A stretch of DNA of 64,000 nt, from NCBI GenBank assembly GCA_003166865.1, contig PMUP01000025.1, positions 240,094 to 304,093 on the forward strand, given 5' to 3'. Position 1 is the first letter of the stretch. Every line of letters begins with the position of its first letter. The translations under genes were made by a program, and so were the position numbers. Under the pieces are notes generated by a model that saw nothing but the letters and a program-made list of their open reading frames with translations, searched no databases and was not told the DNA's origin. The stretch is from Bryobacterales bacterium (GTDB lineage: Bacteria > Acidobacteriota > Terriglobia > Bryobacterales > Bryobacteraceae). This document shows, in pieces, positions 1-9,313 of the stretch.

Positions 1-246
1 CGCTATTTGCGATTGGCCGAGCGGGATTTCGATCGGGCGCGCCAGCTTTATGAGCCGATCGAAGGATTCTCCAACGTCAGTCTGGCGCTGCGACAGGTGG
101 ACGATGATGATCGCGCGCGCCAAGGGCTGGCCGATGAACTCAACAAGAAGGCAAAGCCGAAATCCAAATCAACCCAGCGGCCGCGGCGGGCGGGGCGGAC
201 CGGGCGGCCGGGGCGCACTGGCGGGAGGACCGCGCATTGGCAGTAA
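1..246 (+). CDS. 3' end of an unidentified protein (partial, open at left window edge)
   Basis: Frame 1 is open from nt 1 (RYLRLAERDF...) to TAA at 244-246. The tail is basic and low-complexity (KPKSKSTQRPRRAGRTGRPGRTGGR). It overlaps the next start by 10 nt. No family recognised. Confidence 0.4.
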   Translation, partial: RYLRLAERDFDRARQLYEPIEGFSNVSLALRQVDDDDRARQGLADELNKKAKPKSKSTQRPRRAGRTGRPGRTGGRTAHWQ

Positions 247-3200
247 CCAAAAGCTGGGAAGCGAAAGTTCTGGCTACCAGAACTGGCGCGATGGCCTCCG
301 GAAGGGTAGGTTGGCGCGAGTTCGCTTGGTTGGCAGGTGTGTCGGTGATCGTCGGCGTGGGATTGCTGCTCGTGTACTCTGTGAAAACGCGGGAATTTCC
401 GGGGCTTTCAGGTGCGTTGGCGCGCGGCGAATTGCTGGATTTGAATCAGGTGAGCAAGCCGGAGCAACTGCTTCCGTTCTTGCAAGTGTTCCCGGATGAT
501 GGTCAGCGTCAGATGGTCGCCGGCAAGATGTTCGAGTATCTTGAAACCCGGCATGCTAATGGGGGAGCTCTGCCGAATGTTGGGGCTTTAGCGAGGCTAC
601 GCTCGGCGCCGCACGTGCCTTTGTTGCCGTTCGCGAAGTTGAAACCCGCGTTCGTAGTTCGCACGCCGGTGGAATTTCAACAGCAGTTCCTGATCTGGAT
701 CGCGGTCTATCTGGCCGCGTTCCACGTAGTGTTTCTTATCTGGCGTTGGAGCGCGTTTCGAGGAGACTTCGCTCTACTGCCGGCGATCCATCTCATCACT
801 GGCTTAGGGCTGGTTCTGGCGGTGAGCTTGCGCGATCCATTGCGCGATACGCTCGAGTTCAGCAGATTCGCGTGGGGCGTTGCATTGGGGTGCGCGGTGT
901 TGTTATTGCCGCTGCTGCGCATTTTGAACTACCAGCGCTTTAGGAACTGGTGCTACACGCCGCTGTTTGGGGCGCTCGCATTATTTGTGTTGTTACTGCG
1001 ACTCGGCTCGGGGCCCGGCGGGAACGACGCGAAGGTGAATCTCGGGCCGTTCCAACCGGTGGAAGTGATCAAAATCCTGCTGGTGTTTTTCCTGGCTGGC
1101 TACTTCGCCAGGAATTGGGAGCGTTTAAGGGACCTGCGCGAGAAGCGCCTGGTTCCGCGCTCACTGCGATGGATCGGGCTGCCACGCCTCTCGCATGTGC
1201 TGCCAGTGATGGTCGCGGTGGCGCTGGCGCTGGCGTTTTTCTTTTTGCTGAAGGATCTGGGGCCGGCGCTGGTCACTGGATTTCTGTTTCTCGCGATGTT
1301 CTGGATCGCGCGCGGACGCGCAGGGATGGCGGTGTTAGGCATTGTGTTGCTGGTGGGCGGCGTGGCCGTTGGGTACCACTTGGGCAAGCCGGCGACGGTG
1401 GTGGATCGCATCAACATGTGGCTGTCGCCTTGGGACAACGATGTACACGGCGGGAATCAACTGGCGCATTCGCTTTGGGCGTTTTCGACCGGCGGCGCGT
1501 TTGGCTCCGGGCCTGGATACGGCGATCCGGCGATGATTCCGGCGGGTCACACCGATCTTGTATTACCAGCGATTGGCGAAGAGTGGGGATTTTGCGGCGT
1601 GGCGGCCGTGCTCCTGTTGCTCGGATTTCTGGTGTGGCGAGGCGTGCGGATCGGGCTGCGCGCGCCGAATGAGTACGGAATGTTTTTGGCGTTGGGCCTA
1701 TCGGTGCTGATCGCTTTTGAGATGCTGCTGATTTCCGGCGGCGTGCTGGGCGCGATTCCGTTGTCGGGCGTGGTGTCGCCGTTCTTGAGTTATGGCAACA
1801 CGGCCATGCTCGCGAATTTTCTGATTTTCGGGATTCTGGCGGCGATCTCGAATCACGGTCGTGAAAGCGTGGTGGTGGCCGAGCCGTTCCGGCGGCCCGT
1901 TCGCCGGCTCGAATATGCGCTGGGGGCCGCGGCCGCAACGCTGGTTGGGTTCGCGGCTTATTATCAAGTGGCGCGGGATCAGGATTTCCTGGCGCGCGAG
2001 ACGAAGGTCTTTGAAGACGATGGCGTGAAGCGGCCGCAGCGTAATCCCCGGCTCAATTCGCTGGCGCACGAGATCCGGCGCGGGGACATTTTCGACCGCA
2101 ACGGTGTACTGCTGGCGACCAGCGACTGGAGTGAGCTGGAGAAAAGGCGCGATCAATACTCGAAGCTCGGAGTTTCAATCGAGACATGCTGTTCGCGGCT
2201 CGACAACCGGCATTACGCATTCGGCTCACTGACGGCACACATCCTCGGTGATTTGCGTAGCGGCGAGAATTTCCACGCGACCAATGCGTCGCTGATCGAG
2301 CACGATTCCAATGTCAAGCTGCAAGGCTTCACCGATTATCGCGAACTGGCGCCGCTGATACGCTATCGGCATCACCCGGGAAATTCGGAGATCGCGAGAC
2401 TGATGGCGCGGGATCGCAATGTGACGTCGTCGATCGATATTCGCCTGCAAATGCGCGCGGCGAAGGCTCTGGAAGATCGGTTGGCCAAGGCGAAGAAGGA
2501 CAGCGGCGCGGTGGTGGTAATGGATCCGCAGAGCGGGGATGTGTTGGCGTTGGTGAGTGAGCCGTCGCCAGATTCGTTTGATCGCGCGCGCTACGGGCAG
2601 TATCCGCCGGGCTCGACGTTCAAGTTGGTAACCGCGATGGCTGCGCTGAGGCTGGATCCGGCGCTCGAGAATCAAAGCTTCAGTTGCCGGCGGCTGCCGG
2701 ACGGGCGCGTGGGCGCGATCATTCCTGGATGGCGCAAACCGATTCGCGACGACGTGGGCGATTCCGCGCATGGAACACTCACGATGCATCAGGCCATCGC
2801 GGTTTCGTGCAACGCCTATTTCGCACAGCTCGGCGTGTTTTCGGTGGGCGCGCAACAATTGAGCGATACGGCGAAGTTGCTGGATATCCCGGCCGGCAGC
2901 GTTCCCGATCTTCAGGCTGCGATGCCGTTTGCATCGTATGGCCAAGGCCCGGTGCTGGTGACGCCGTTCAAAATGGCGCGCGTGGCGGCAACGATCGCAA
3001 ATAATGGTGCGATGCCGGAGGGCCGCTGGGTAATCGATTCGAGCAACGAGCGAAGGCAAACGCCCAAGCAGATTCTGGCGCCGTCGCTGGCGGAGTTTCT
3101 CGGGAGCGCGATGCGATCGGTTGTTGTGGAAGGAACGGGGCGGCGCGCGATGAAGGGCGAGGCAGTGAGCGTGGCAGGGAAGACGGGGACGGCGCAGCTC

Positions 3201-3383
3201 GATGAAGGCATGCCGCACTCGTGGTTTGCGGGATTCGCTCCATATGAGGGCGATCGTACGAAGAGCATCGCGTTTGCGGTGGTCGTTGAACACGGCGGTT
3301 ACGGTGGGACGACCGCGGCGCCGATCGCGCGCGAGATCGTGGACGCTGCTCAAGAGCTGGGCTTGGTGGGTGACGGCAAATGA
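237..3383 (+). CDS. Fused SEDS (FtsW/RodA/SpoVE-type) peptidoglycan polymerase and class B penicillin-binding protein transpeptidase, 1048 aa
   Basis: The N-terminal part is a polytopic membrane domain with SEDS signatures (GPFQPVEVIKILLVFFLAGYF; GGNQLAHSLWAFSTGGAFGSGPGYG; HTDLVLPAIGEEWGFCG). The C-terminal ~450 aa carry bPBP motifs SxxK (GSTFK), SxN (SCN) and KTG (KTGTA). The ORF is single and uninterrupted. Confidence 0.9.
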   Translation: MAVTKSWEAKVLATRTGAMASGRVGWREFAWLAGVSVIVGVGLLLVYSVKTREFPGLSGALARGELLDLNQVSKPEQLLPFLQVFPDDGQRQMVAGKMFEYLETRHANGGALPNVGALARLRSAPHVPLLPFAKLKPAFVVRTPVEFQQQFLIWIAVYLAAFHVVFLIWRWSAFRGDFALLPAIHLITGLGLVLAVSLRDPLRDTLEFSRFAWGVALGCAVLLLPLLRILNYQRFRNWCYTPLFGALALFVLLLRLGSGPGGNDAKVNLGPFQPVEVIKILLVFFLAGYFARNWERLRDLREKRLVPRSLRWIGLPRLSHVLPVMVAVALALAFFFLLKDLGPALVTGFLFLAMFWIARGRAGMAVLGIVLLVGGVAVGYHLGKPATVVDRINMWLSPWDNDVHGGNQLAHSLWAFSTGGAFGSGPGYGDPAMIPAGHTDLVLPAIGEEWGFCGVAAVLLLLGFLVWRGVRIGLRAPNEYGMFLALGLSVLIAFEMLLISGGVLGAIPLSGVVSPFLSYGNTAMLANFLIFGILAAISNHGRESVVVAEPFRRPVRRLEYALGAAAATLVGFAAYYQVARDQDFLARETKVFEDDGVKRPQRNPRLNSLAHEIRRGDIFDRNGVLLATSDWSELEKRRDQYSKLGVSIETCCSRLDNRHYAFGSLTAHILGDLRSGENFHATNASLIEHDSNVKLQGFTDYRELAPLIRYRHHPGNSEIARLMARDRNVTSSIDIRLQMRAAKALEDRLAKAKKDSGAVVVMDPQSGDVLALVSEPSPDSFDRARYGQYPPGSTFKLVTAMAALRLDPALENQSFSCRRLPDGRVGAIIPGWRKPIRDDVGDSAHGTLTMHQAIAVSCNAYFAQLGVFSVGAQQLSDTAKLLDIPAGSVPDLQAAMPFASYGQGPVLVTPFKMARVAATIANNGAMPEGRWVIDSSNERRQTPKQILAPSLAEFLGSAMRSVVVEGTGRRAMKGEAVSVAGKTGTAQLDEGMPHSWFAGFAPYEGDRTKSIAFAVVVEHGGYGGTTAAPIAREIVDAAQELGLVGDGK

Positions 3384-4192
3384 GGATCTCGGAGCTGATC
3401 GAACGCCTCGGACGGACGGTGTTTGAAACGCCGTTTGGCGCCACCGCGCAGGTGATCGGCGAGTCGCCCGAAGTGGCCGAGATTCGCATCGCGGTGCTGG
3501 ACGAAGTGAAGAAGAAGATCCAGCGCGCGGGCGGCCAGGCGCTTTTTCCGTACAATGTGGTGCGGGTTGTGATTCGCGCGGCTGGGGACGAAGCGGCAGT
3601 CTTCGAGCTTGATTTCTTCCGCCAGTTCTTCGATGAAGAGGTGCGCAAGGGTCTGGCGAAGGAGGCCTGCCGGTTTCCGGGAGACTTGCGCGTCGAGATT
3701 CGAACGGCGGACGGCGCCATGGATGGCGACGGCTGGCTACGCGTCGAAACCGTGGCGGAAGAGCCTGCGCCGCTGCCGGAGGAAAGTCCACGCGCGCGGC
3801 GCTCGGCTCGGCTTATCGTAGCCGCGGGAAGCGCCAATAAGTCCGAGATTCCGCTTCAAAAACTCCGCACCAACATTGGACGGCTGATCGAGGTCTACAA
3901 GGCCGAGGGTCTTTCACGCCGCAACGATCTGGCGTTCGCCGAAGACAATCCCATCAACCGCACGGTTTCGCGCGAGCACGCCCACATCCTGCACGACAAA
4001 AAGACCGGCGAATACCGTTTGTTCAACGATCGCTGGTATCAGCGGGGCGACAAGGGCGAGAACAACTGCGGGCTGTGGATTATTCGCGACGGGATGGGGC
4101 AGGAGGTGCATCGCGATGCGCGCGGCACGCGGCTGCTGCCGGGGGACGAGATCCATTTGGGGAAGGCAGTGCTCAAGTTTCAGGTCAAGTAA
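3380..4192 (+). CDS. FhaA-like FHA-domain protein (DUF3662-type N-terminus plus C-terminal FHA domain)
   Basis: 270 aa. The start overlaps the upstream stop (ATGA). The C-terminus has an FHA pattern (NRTVSREHAHI...YRLFN...NCGLWI...LLPGDEIHLG). The N-terminus resembles FhaA N-terminal domains. Confidence 0.8.
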   Translation: MRISELIERLGRTVFETPFGATAQVIGESPEVAEIRIAVLDEVKKKIQRAGGQALFPYNVVRVVIRAAGDEAAVFELDFFRQFFDEEVRKGLAKEACRFPGDLRVEIRTADGAMDGDGWLRVETVAEEPAPLPEESPRARRSARLIVAAGSANKSEIPLQKLRTNIGRLIEVYKAEGLSRRNDLAFAEDNPINRTVSREHAHILHDKKTGEYRLFNDRWYQRGDKGENNCGLWIIRDGMGQEVHRDARGTRLLPGDEIHLGKAVLKFQVK

Positions 4193-4198
4193 GCGCTA

Positions 4199-5434
4199 CT
4201 AGATCAGATCGAGGGCCTGCTCGAAATCGGCCATCAAATCGCGCCAGTCCTCGATGCCGATAGAGATGCGAACCAAGCCGTCGGTGACACCAGCGGCGGC
4301 GAACTCCTCTTCAGTGAAGCCGGAGTGCGTGGTGGTTTTGGGATGGCACACCAGAGTCTCCACGCCGCCGAGCGATACGGCGTTGCGCGCGATGCGCAGG
4401 CTGCGGAGAAACTCGAACGCGGCTTTCTTGCCGCCGCGCAGATCGATGGACAACATGCCGCCAGGGAAGTCGCACTGATTGCGGGCGATCTGGAGCTGCT
4501 CCGGATCGGTGAATAGAGTCGGATACAAAACCCGCGAGATTTTCGGGTGATTGGCAAGCCGCACGGCGATGCGCTCGGCGTTTTTGCTGGAGCGGTTCAT
4601 GCGCAGCGTCACGGTGGGCAAGCGTCCTTCCAGCATCCAGCATTCGTCAGGTTGCAGAATGTTGCCGAACAGATTACGCTTCGAGCGCATCTGGCGAATC
4701 AACTTCGGATCGCTGGCAATAGCGGCACCGGCAATGAAATCGCTCAGACCGGAGAGGTATTTGGTAGCCGAATAGAGACTCAGATCGGCGCCGAGCTGGA
4801 GCGGATGCTGGAAGGTGGGCCCGAGCAGCGTGTTGTCCACCATGACCAGAGGCTTCGGTTTTAGATGCGCGACCGCATCCGTAGCGTGCCGGATGTCGGT
4901 CATGACAATGGTGGGATTGGCCGGTGTCTCGATGAGGACGATGGCGAGGTCCTTAGCCGAACGAATGGCGGAGTCCATCTCACCGGTGCGCCCAGCTTCC
5001 ACGGGAATGCCGCCGATGCCGAGGGTGCTGAGGAAATCCTCGATCAAGTGCTGGGTGCCACCGTAGATCGGGACAGTGTAGAGGATGCTCTGGCCGGGAC
5101 GCGCGAAGGTGAACAGCGCGGTCATGATGGCGGCCATGCCGGAGTTGAAAACGAGCGCCGCGTGCGCGCCGGTTTCCAAGGGAACCAAACGCTCCTCGAG
5201 AATTTCGGCGTTGGGGTGATTGAAGCGCGAATAGATCAGGTCGGGCTGCTCGCCCGAATCGGGTTGGGCGCGCCCGGCCACCAAATCGAAAGCGCGTTCG
5301 GCGGCCTCGGGGCTCGGGAAAACGTAGGTCGAGCTGCGAAACACAGCGGGACGCGCCGATCCGACCGAAAGGCTGGGATCGAAGCCGCGTGTGAGAACTT
5401 GAGTAGGCGGGCGGAGGTCCTGCCGGTCAGCCAT
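4199..5434 (-). CDS. Cys/Met-metabolism PLP-dependent enzyme (cystathionine gamma-synthase / methionine gamma-lyase / O-acylhomoserine sulfhydrylase family)
   Basis: 411 aa with family-typical sequence, including the PLP-lysine context YSATKYLSG. Substrate specificity cannot be assigned by eye. Confidence 0.85.
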   Translation of the reverse strand: MADRQDLRPPTQVLTRGFDPSLSVGSARPAVFRSSTYVFPSPEAAERAFDLVAGRAQPDSGEQPDLIYSRFNHPNAEILEERLVPLETGAHAALVFNSGMAAIMTALFTFARPGQSILYTVPIYGGTQHLIEDFLSTLGIGGIPVEAGRTGEMDSAIRSAKDLAIVLIETPANPTIVMTDIRHATDAVAHLKPKPLVMVDNTLLGPTFQHPLQLGADLSLYSATKYLSGLSDFIAGAAIASDPKLIRQMRSKRNLFGNILQPDECWMLEGRLPTVTLRMNRSSKNAERIAVRLANHPKISRVLYPTLFTDPEQLQIARNQCDFPGGMLSIDLRGGKKAAFEFLRSLRIARNAVSLGGVETLVCHPKTTTHSGFTEEEFAAAGVTDGLVRISIGIEDWRDLMADFEQALDLI

Positions 5435-5465
5435 GAAGTGCCTCCAATTTCAGTGTAGCCGCGTT

Positions 5466-6668
5466 TTAAGACATTCGGGAAAACAGCGACAGCAGTCCCG
5501 ATAGAGAGCTGCTCTTTTTGCCGAGGGGCTCCGAGCTGCCGGCCAGGCGATCCACCAGCCCAATCATACTCTTGCCGAAGCTGGTGTTGGGCGCCAGCGG
5601 CTTGCCTTCCATGAGCGATTTCTGGATGGCCTCGTAATCGGCCGGCAGGATGTGAAAGATTTCGGTGTGGAGGGCGGTGCCGATTACATCCTTGCTCAGG
5701 CCGGTGTGGCGATCGTAGCGGTTCACGATCAACCGCAGCTTATAGCGAGGGATGTTGTTGGCGTCCAGATAACCAAGCACGCGTTGCACGGCTTGCAGCG
5801 ACGTAAGCTCGTTGGTGGTAACGAGCAGAATCTCGTCGGCCAGCCGCGCTTGGCTCAGGTTCCAGTCGCCATACACTCCGCCCGTATCGAGCACCACCAA
5901 ATCATAGGTGTGGCGGGCGTATTCGATGATGCTACTGGCGTCCTTGAGGTCGCTCATGCCTTCCGTCATCACTTCGGGCGAAAGCAGCACGTCCATGCCT
6001 GGCCGGGTGATGATAACGGCTTTCCACAGATCCGCGTCGATATCTTGCGAGCGCGCCAGCACATCCATGAAGCTGTAGCTGGATTTGATTTTTAGCAGAA
6101 AGGAAAGCGTACCGGCCAGAGGATCAAGATCGGCCAGCAGAATCCGCCTCCCGCCGCGCTTCATTTGGAACGCCAGGTTGCTGGCGATGGTACTAGCGCC
6201 GCAGCCGCCCTTGGCCGGCACAATGCAGTAGACTCTTCCGGGAGTCTTCAAGCGGGTGGGGTGCTGGCGGGCGATCTTCTGAAACGCCGCCTCCACCTGT
6301 TCGGAAGTGAAGGGCTGGATTAGAAAGTCGCTGGCGCCCTGCCGGAGGCAGCGCAGCACCAATTCCGGATCGTTGGCCGAAAGCACGGCGACGATGGGCA
6401 ACTTGGCATCGATTCGCAACAACTCGGGAATGACGGCCAGACCGGCTTCATAGGGTTCCGAGATTTCGATCAGGCACAAGTTGGGAAGTTGCGAGGCCAA
6501 CAAGTCCGCCAACTGGTGGCGCGGCGGGTAGATTTTCAGATCGTGGCCCGAAAAGGTCGGCAAAAGCTTTCTTAAAATAGGAGCTAACTCTCTGACAATC
6601 TTGGGGTTGGGGCAAATGAACAGAGCTTTCCATGCTCCACTCAGTTTGGGGGTCTCAGGCTGCGGCAT
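5466..6668 (-). CDS. CpaE/TadZ-like protein: atypical receiver domain plus ParA/MinD-type P-loop ATPase
   Basis: 400 aa. Deviant Walker A context VPAKGGCGASTIASNLA. The N-terminal REC-like fold lacks the acidic pair and has E where the phospho-Asp is expected (LCLIEISEP). Confidence 0.75.
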   Translation of the reverse strand: MPQPETPKLSGAWKALFICPNPKIVRELAPILRKLLPTFSGHDLKIYPPRHQLADLLASQLPNLCLIEISEPYEAGLAVIPELLRIDAKLPIVAVLSANDPELVLRCLRQGASDFLIQPFTSEQVEAAFQKIARQHPTRLKTPGRVYCIVPAKGGCGASTIASNLAFQMKRGGRRILLADLDPLAGTLSFLLKIKSSYSFMDVLARSQDIDADLWKAVIITRPGMDVLLSPEVMTEGMSDLKDASSIIEYARHTYDLVVLDTGGVYGDWNLSQARLADEILLVTTNELTSLQAVQRVLGYLDANNIPRYKLRLIVNRYDRHTGLSKDVIGTALHTEIFHILPADYEAIQKSLMEGKPLAPNTSFGKSMIGLVDRLAGSSEPLGKKSSSLSGLLSLFSRMS

Positions 6669-6862
6669 CGGCGCGCTACGAGCATCTCCCGCGTGTGGGA
6701 GTCCTACTCAATCAAAATCGGCTAAGGGTGATGATACCATGAGAGCCTTTCTCTTCCTGATCAACTAAACATTCGAACGCACTCACCGATAAGGCTTAGT
6801 TTGGTTCTGAATCAAACTGAGGACCTCATGAGAAGAGCGTACCGTCTGGTAAGAAAATCAAA

Positions 6863-7510
6863 ATGAGCGAAGATCACTCGAAGAAATCCGTGGTCGTGTG
6901 CGACACCCAACCGATCACGGCCGAAGGGCTGAGAAGCCTGCTAGCCTCGGCCGGAGACCTGGAGTTCCTGGCGTCGCTGAATAGCCTGGAAGCGGCAACG
7001 CAGATGGTGGCCATCAGGGCGCCCGACATCGTGATCGTGGACAAGGGGTTCGGCATGCGAGCCGTGCTCGATTGGATCCACGATTTGAAGTTGACGGACG
7101 CCACGCCCGCCATCACCGTATGGGGCGTTTCCATGACGGAGGCCGAGGCGCTACGGCTGCTGCAGGCAGGCGCGCGGGGTATTGTTCGCAAAACAGCGGC
7201 TCTGGAGCCCATTCTGAGCTGCCTCCGCACGGTGGCGTCCGGGCGGAGCTGGATGGAAGATTGCGTGTTCCGCGATTCGATCCGGCAGGAGCGCTATCCC
7301 CGGTCGGAGCTGACGCCGCGCGAGCAACAGGTGCTCGAAATGGTGGAGCAGGGCTTCAAGAACAAAGAGATTGGGCTCGAATTGGGGATCCGGCCCGGTA
7401 CCGTCAAGATCCACCTGAAGCATATCTTCGAAAAGACCGGCGTACGCGGGCGCTACGGCTTAGCCATCAGCGGGCTGAAGGAGCGCGGCCTGGTCTCGAT
7501 GGTCAGTTAA
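6863..7510 (+). CDS. NarL/FixJ-family response regulator (REC plus LuxR-type HTH)
   Basis: 215 aa. Receiver with IVIVDKGF. C-terminal LuxR HTH (LTPREQQVLEMVEQGFKNKEIGLELGIRPGTVKIHLKHIFEKTG). Confidence 0.85.
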   Translation: MSEDHSKKSVVVCDTQPITAEGLRSLLASAGDLEFLASLNSLEAATQMVAIRAPDIVIVDKGFGMRAVLDWIHDLKLTDATPAITVWGVSMTEAEALRLLQAGARGIVRKTAALEPILSCLRTVASGRSWMEDCVFRDSIRQERYPRSELTPREQQVLEMVEQGFKNKEIGLELGIRPGTVKIHLKHIFEKTGVRGRYGLAISGLKERGLVSMVS

Positions 7511-7519
7511 GAGCTGGGG

Positions 7520-8434
7520 TCAGCGGCCGGAGCCTTCGGTCCAGCCGTCGCCGAGGCCGTAAGGGACGGTCACGAACGGCATCGCTTCCACCTCGTGAAT
7601 CTTACCGCCGCGGATACCGAAGGACTCCACGATCATCGCGTTCATCAGCATTCCCGGCGGCGCATCGGGAGCAGCACCCCGGCGCGTTCCATCGTGGACA
7701 AAGAGGCAGAATATGGTGGCTACTCCTTTTTGCTGGTCGATAATGAGCGCGTGCCGTGGCCGGATGTGCTTCATATAAGAGAAAAGCTTCTTGTCGATTT
7801 GCTGGGCGCAGGTAAGCATGCTGGTCTTGAGCTGCTCTTGGCCCTGCGGCGTCTTCGAATCAGGCAAAAAAGGCGCGGGCATCATGCGGCCACCGGGCGG
7901 CGGATTGTTGACGGTTTGGTAGCCGTTCTCGTGGCGCACGCAATCGTCGGCGAACGCCGCGATCTCGCCGTCGTCGCCTTCCAGCGCATCGAAGTAGGAG
8001 TTGGCGGCGTAGGCGAGGACTTCGCGAGAGGTGCGCTCGGCAGTGGGAATATCAGTGACCAGACCGGGGCGCGGCGTGGTCAGCAGCGGAATCGCCGCAT
8101 CGTTGATAGCGCGGTCGTAGAGCTGCTCAATTTCGGAAATGTGCCCGCGATCCACCTTGAGGCGCACGGCCACTAATGCGCTGCGCCCCCCAATCAGAAG
8201 ACGCGCCTGCAATGCCACTTGGCCCGTTACCGGGTCGGCGACGTAAATCCTGAAAGGCGTCGGTTCCACTTTGTTGCGCCAGAGCATGCCCTCGCCGACA
8301 TCCATGCGGCCGGTGTTCTCGGTCATGCGGAGGTCGATCGAAAGCGGCGGCGCGGCTTTGGGGTCGTGCTTGTAGATGGCATTCATGTAGCCGTCCATGA
8401 TGCCGACCAGGCACTCTCGATTGCAATCCTTCAC
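7520..8434 (-). CDS. Hypothetical protein. A possible exported form has its signal peptide in another frame (see findings).
   Basis: 304-aa ORF with coding-like composition and a GTG start at 8434. No family firmly recognised. Confidence 0.5.
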   Translation of the reverse strand: MKDCNRECLVGIMDGYMNAIYKHDPKAAPPLSIDLRMTENTGRMDVGEGMLWRNKVEPTPFRIYVADPVTGQVALQARLLIGGRSALVAVRLKVDRGHISEIEQLYDRAINDAAIPLLTTPRPGLVTDIPTAERTSREVLAYAANSYFDALEGDDGEIAAFADDCVRHENGYQTVNNPPPGGRMMPAPFLPDSKTPQGQEQLKTSMLTCAQQIDKKLFSYMKHIRPRHALIIDQQKGVATIFCLFVHDGTRRGAAPDAPPGMLMNAMIVESFGIRGGKIHEVEAMPFVTVPYGLGDGWTEGSGR

Positions 8435-8583
8435 ACCACTCTGGCTCAGCCGCCGACATTTGAAACGCCGCGATAACCACGGCGCATGCGCCCAGCAACT
8501 TGAGTTTCATCGAAAAATCTCCTAATGCGACAGTCATTATATTTCAAGTTGAGCGGGGCCGGCTTCCGGCTACAATGGGCTTC

Positions 8584-8829
8584 ATGAAAGCACGGGTATA
8601 CGTCTCGATGAAGCCGACGGTTCTGGATCCGCAGGGCCAGACCATACGGTCGGCGCTGGCAGGTTTGGGCCACACTTCGATTGCGGCGGTGCGGCAGGGC
8701 AAGTATTTCGAGATCACGCTGGAGCCGGGGACGGATCGCGGCAAGGCGGGAGCGGAGATCGATCAGATCGCGCGCGACGTGTTAGCGAATCCGGTGATTG
8801 AAGAGTATCGGGTGGAGTTCGTGGAGTAG
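8584..8829 (+). CDS. purS: Phosphoribosylformylglycinamidine synthase subunit PurS
   Basis: MKARVYVSMKPTVLDPQGQTIRSALAGLGH...YFEITLE...IDQIARDVLANPVIEEYRVE is typical PurS. I chose the internal ATG at 8584 (8575 is also possible) rather than the track start at 8500. Confidence 0.85.
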   Translation: MKARVYVSMKPTVLDPQGQTIRSALAGLGHTSIAAVRQGKYFEITLEPGTDRGKAGAEIDQIARDVLANPVIEEYRVEFVE

Positions 8830-8854
8830 AGAATTGGCCACAGATAAACACGGA

Positions 8855-9313
8855 TCAGTGTTGATCTGCGTTCATCTGTGGCTTGATCGTTCTTACGCGA
8901 GTGAAACCTTCCTTCTTCGACGGAGGGACCAGGCGGCGCGCCATTTTACGAATGGCCGGCTCCGGAACGACGCGATCGCGGGTTTGATTGCGGGCGATGC
9001 AAGTCTCGACCGGAACGTCGAAGAAGAGGGCTTCGAGCGTGCAGCCGTGGTGCTGGGCGAGTTGCAGGTAGGGTTTTCGCTCCCAAGGCGTCAGATGAGT
9101 GGCGTCGATATAGGTGACCGGACGGCCGGCGGCGACGCGCTGCCGAACGAGATAGCGAACGGTGGCGAAGATGCGGGCGTTCATGGTTTGATCGTGCGGG
9201 TCGTCGGCGATGAGGCGGCGGATTTCGTCCGACGAGATCGCATTTACGCCGAGCCGCGCTAGATAAGTTGACTTGCCGGAGCCGGGAAGGCCGACGGTGA
9301 TAATCAGCTTCAC
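8855..9313 (-). CDS. P-loop kinase-like ATP-binding protein (AAA_33 / polynucleotide kinase-like)
   Basis: 152 aa with N-terminal Walker A (GLPGSGKST). Confidence 0.7.
   Translation of the reverse strand: MKLIITVGLPGSGKSTYLARLGVNAISSDEIRRLIADDPHDQTMNARIFATVRYLVRQRVAAGRPVTYIDATHLTPWERKPYLQLAQHHGCTLEALFFDVPVETCIARNQTRDRVVPEPAIRKMARRLVPPSKKEGFTRVRTIKPQMNADQH

Noticed and set aside
2226-3837. 521-aa and 289-aa minus-strand ORFs
   Set aside because: They are antisense to the strongly supported SEDS-PBP and FhaA-like genes. Their Arg/Pro/Ala-rich low-complexity translation shows no motifs.
6798-6818. Short inverted repeat agtttg-n9-caaact upstream of the LuxR-type regulator gene
   Set aside because: Only 6 bp per arm, which is easily expected by chance in an AT-richer intergenic region. 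I kept it out of the findings.
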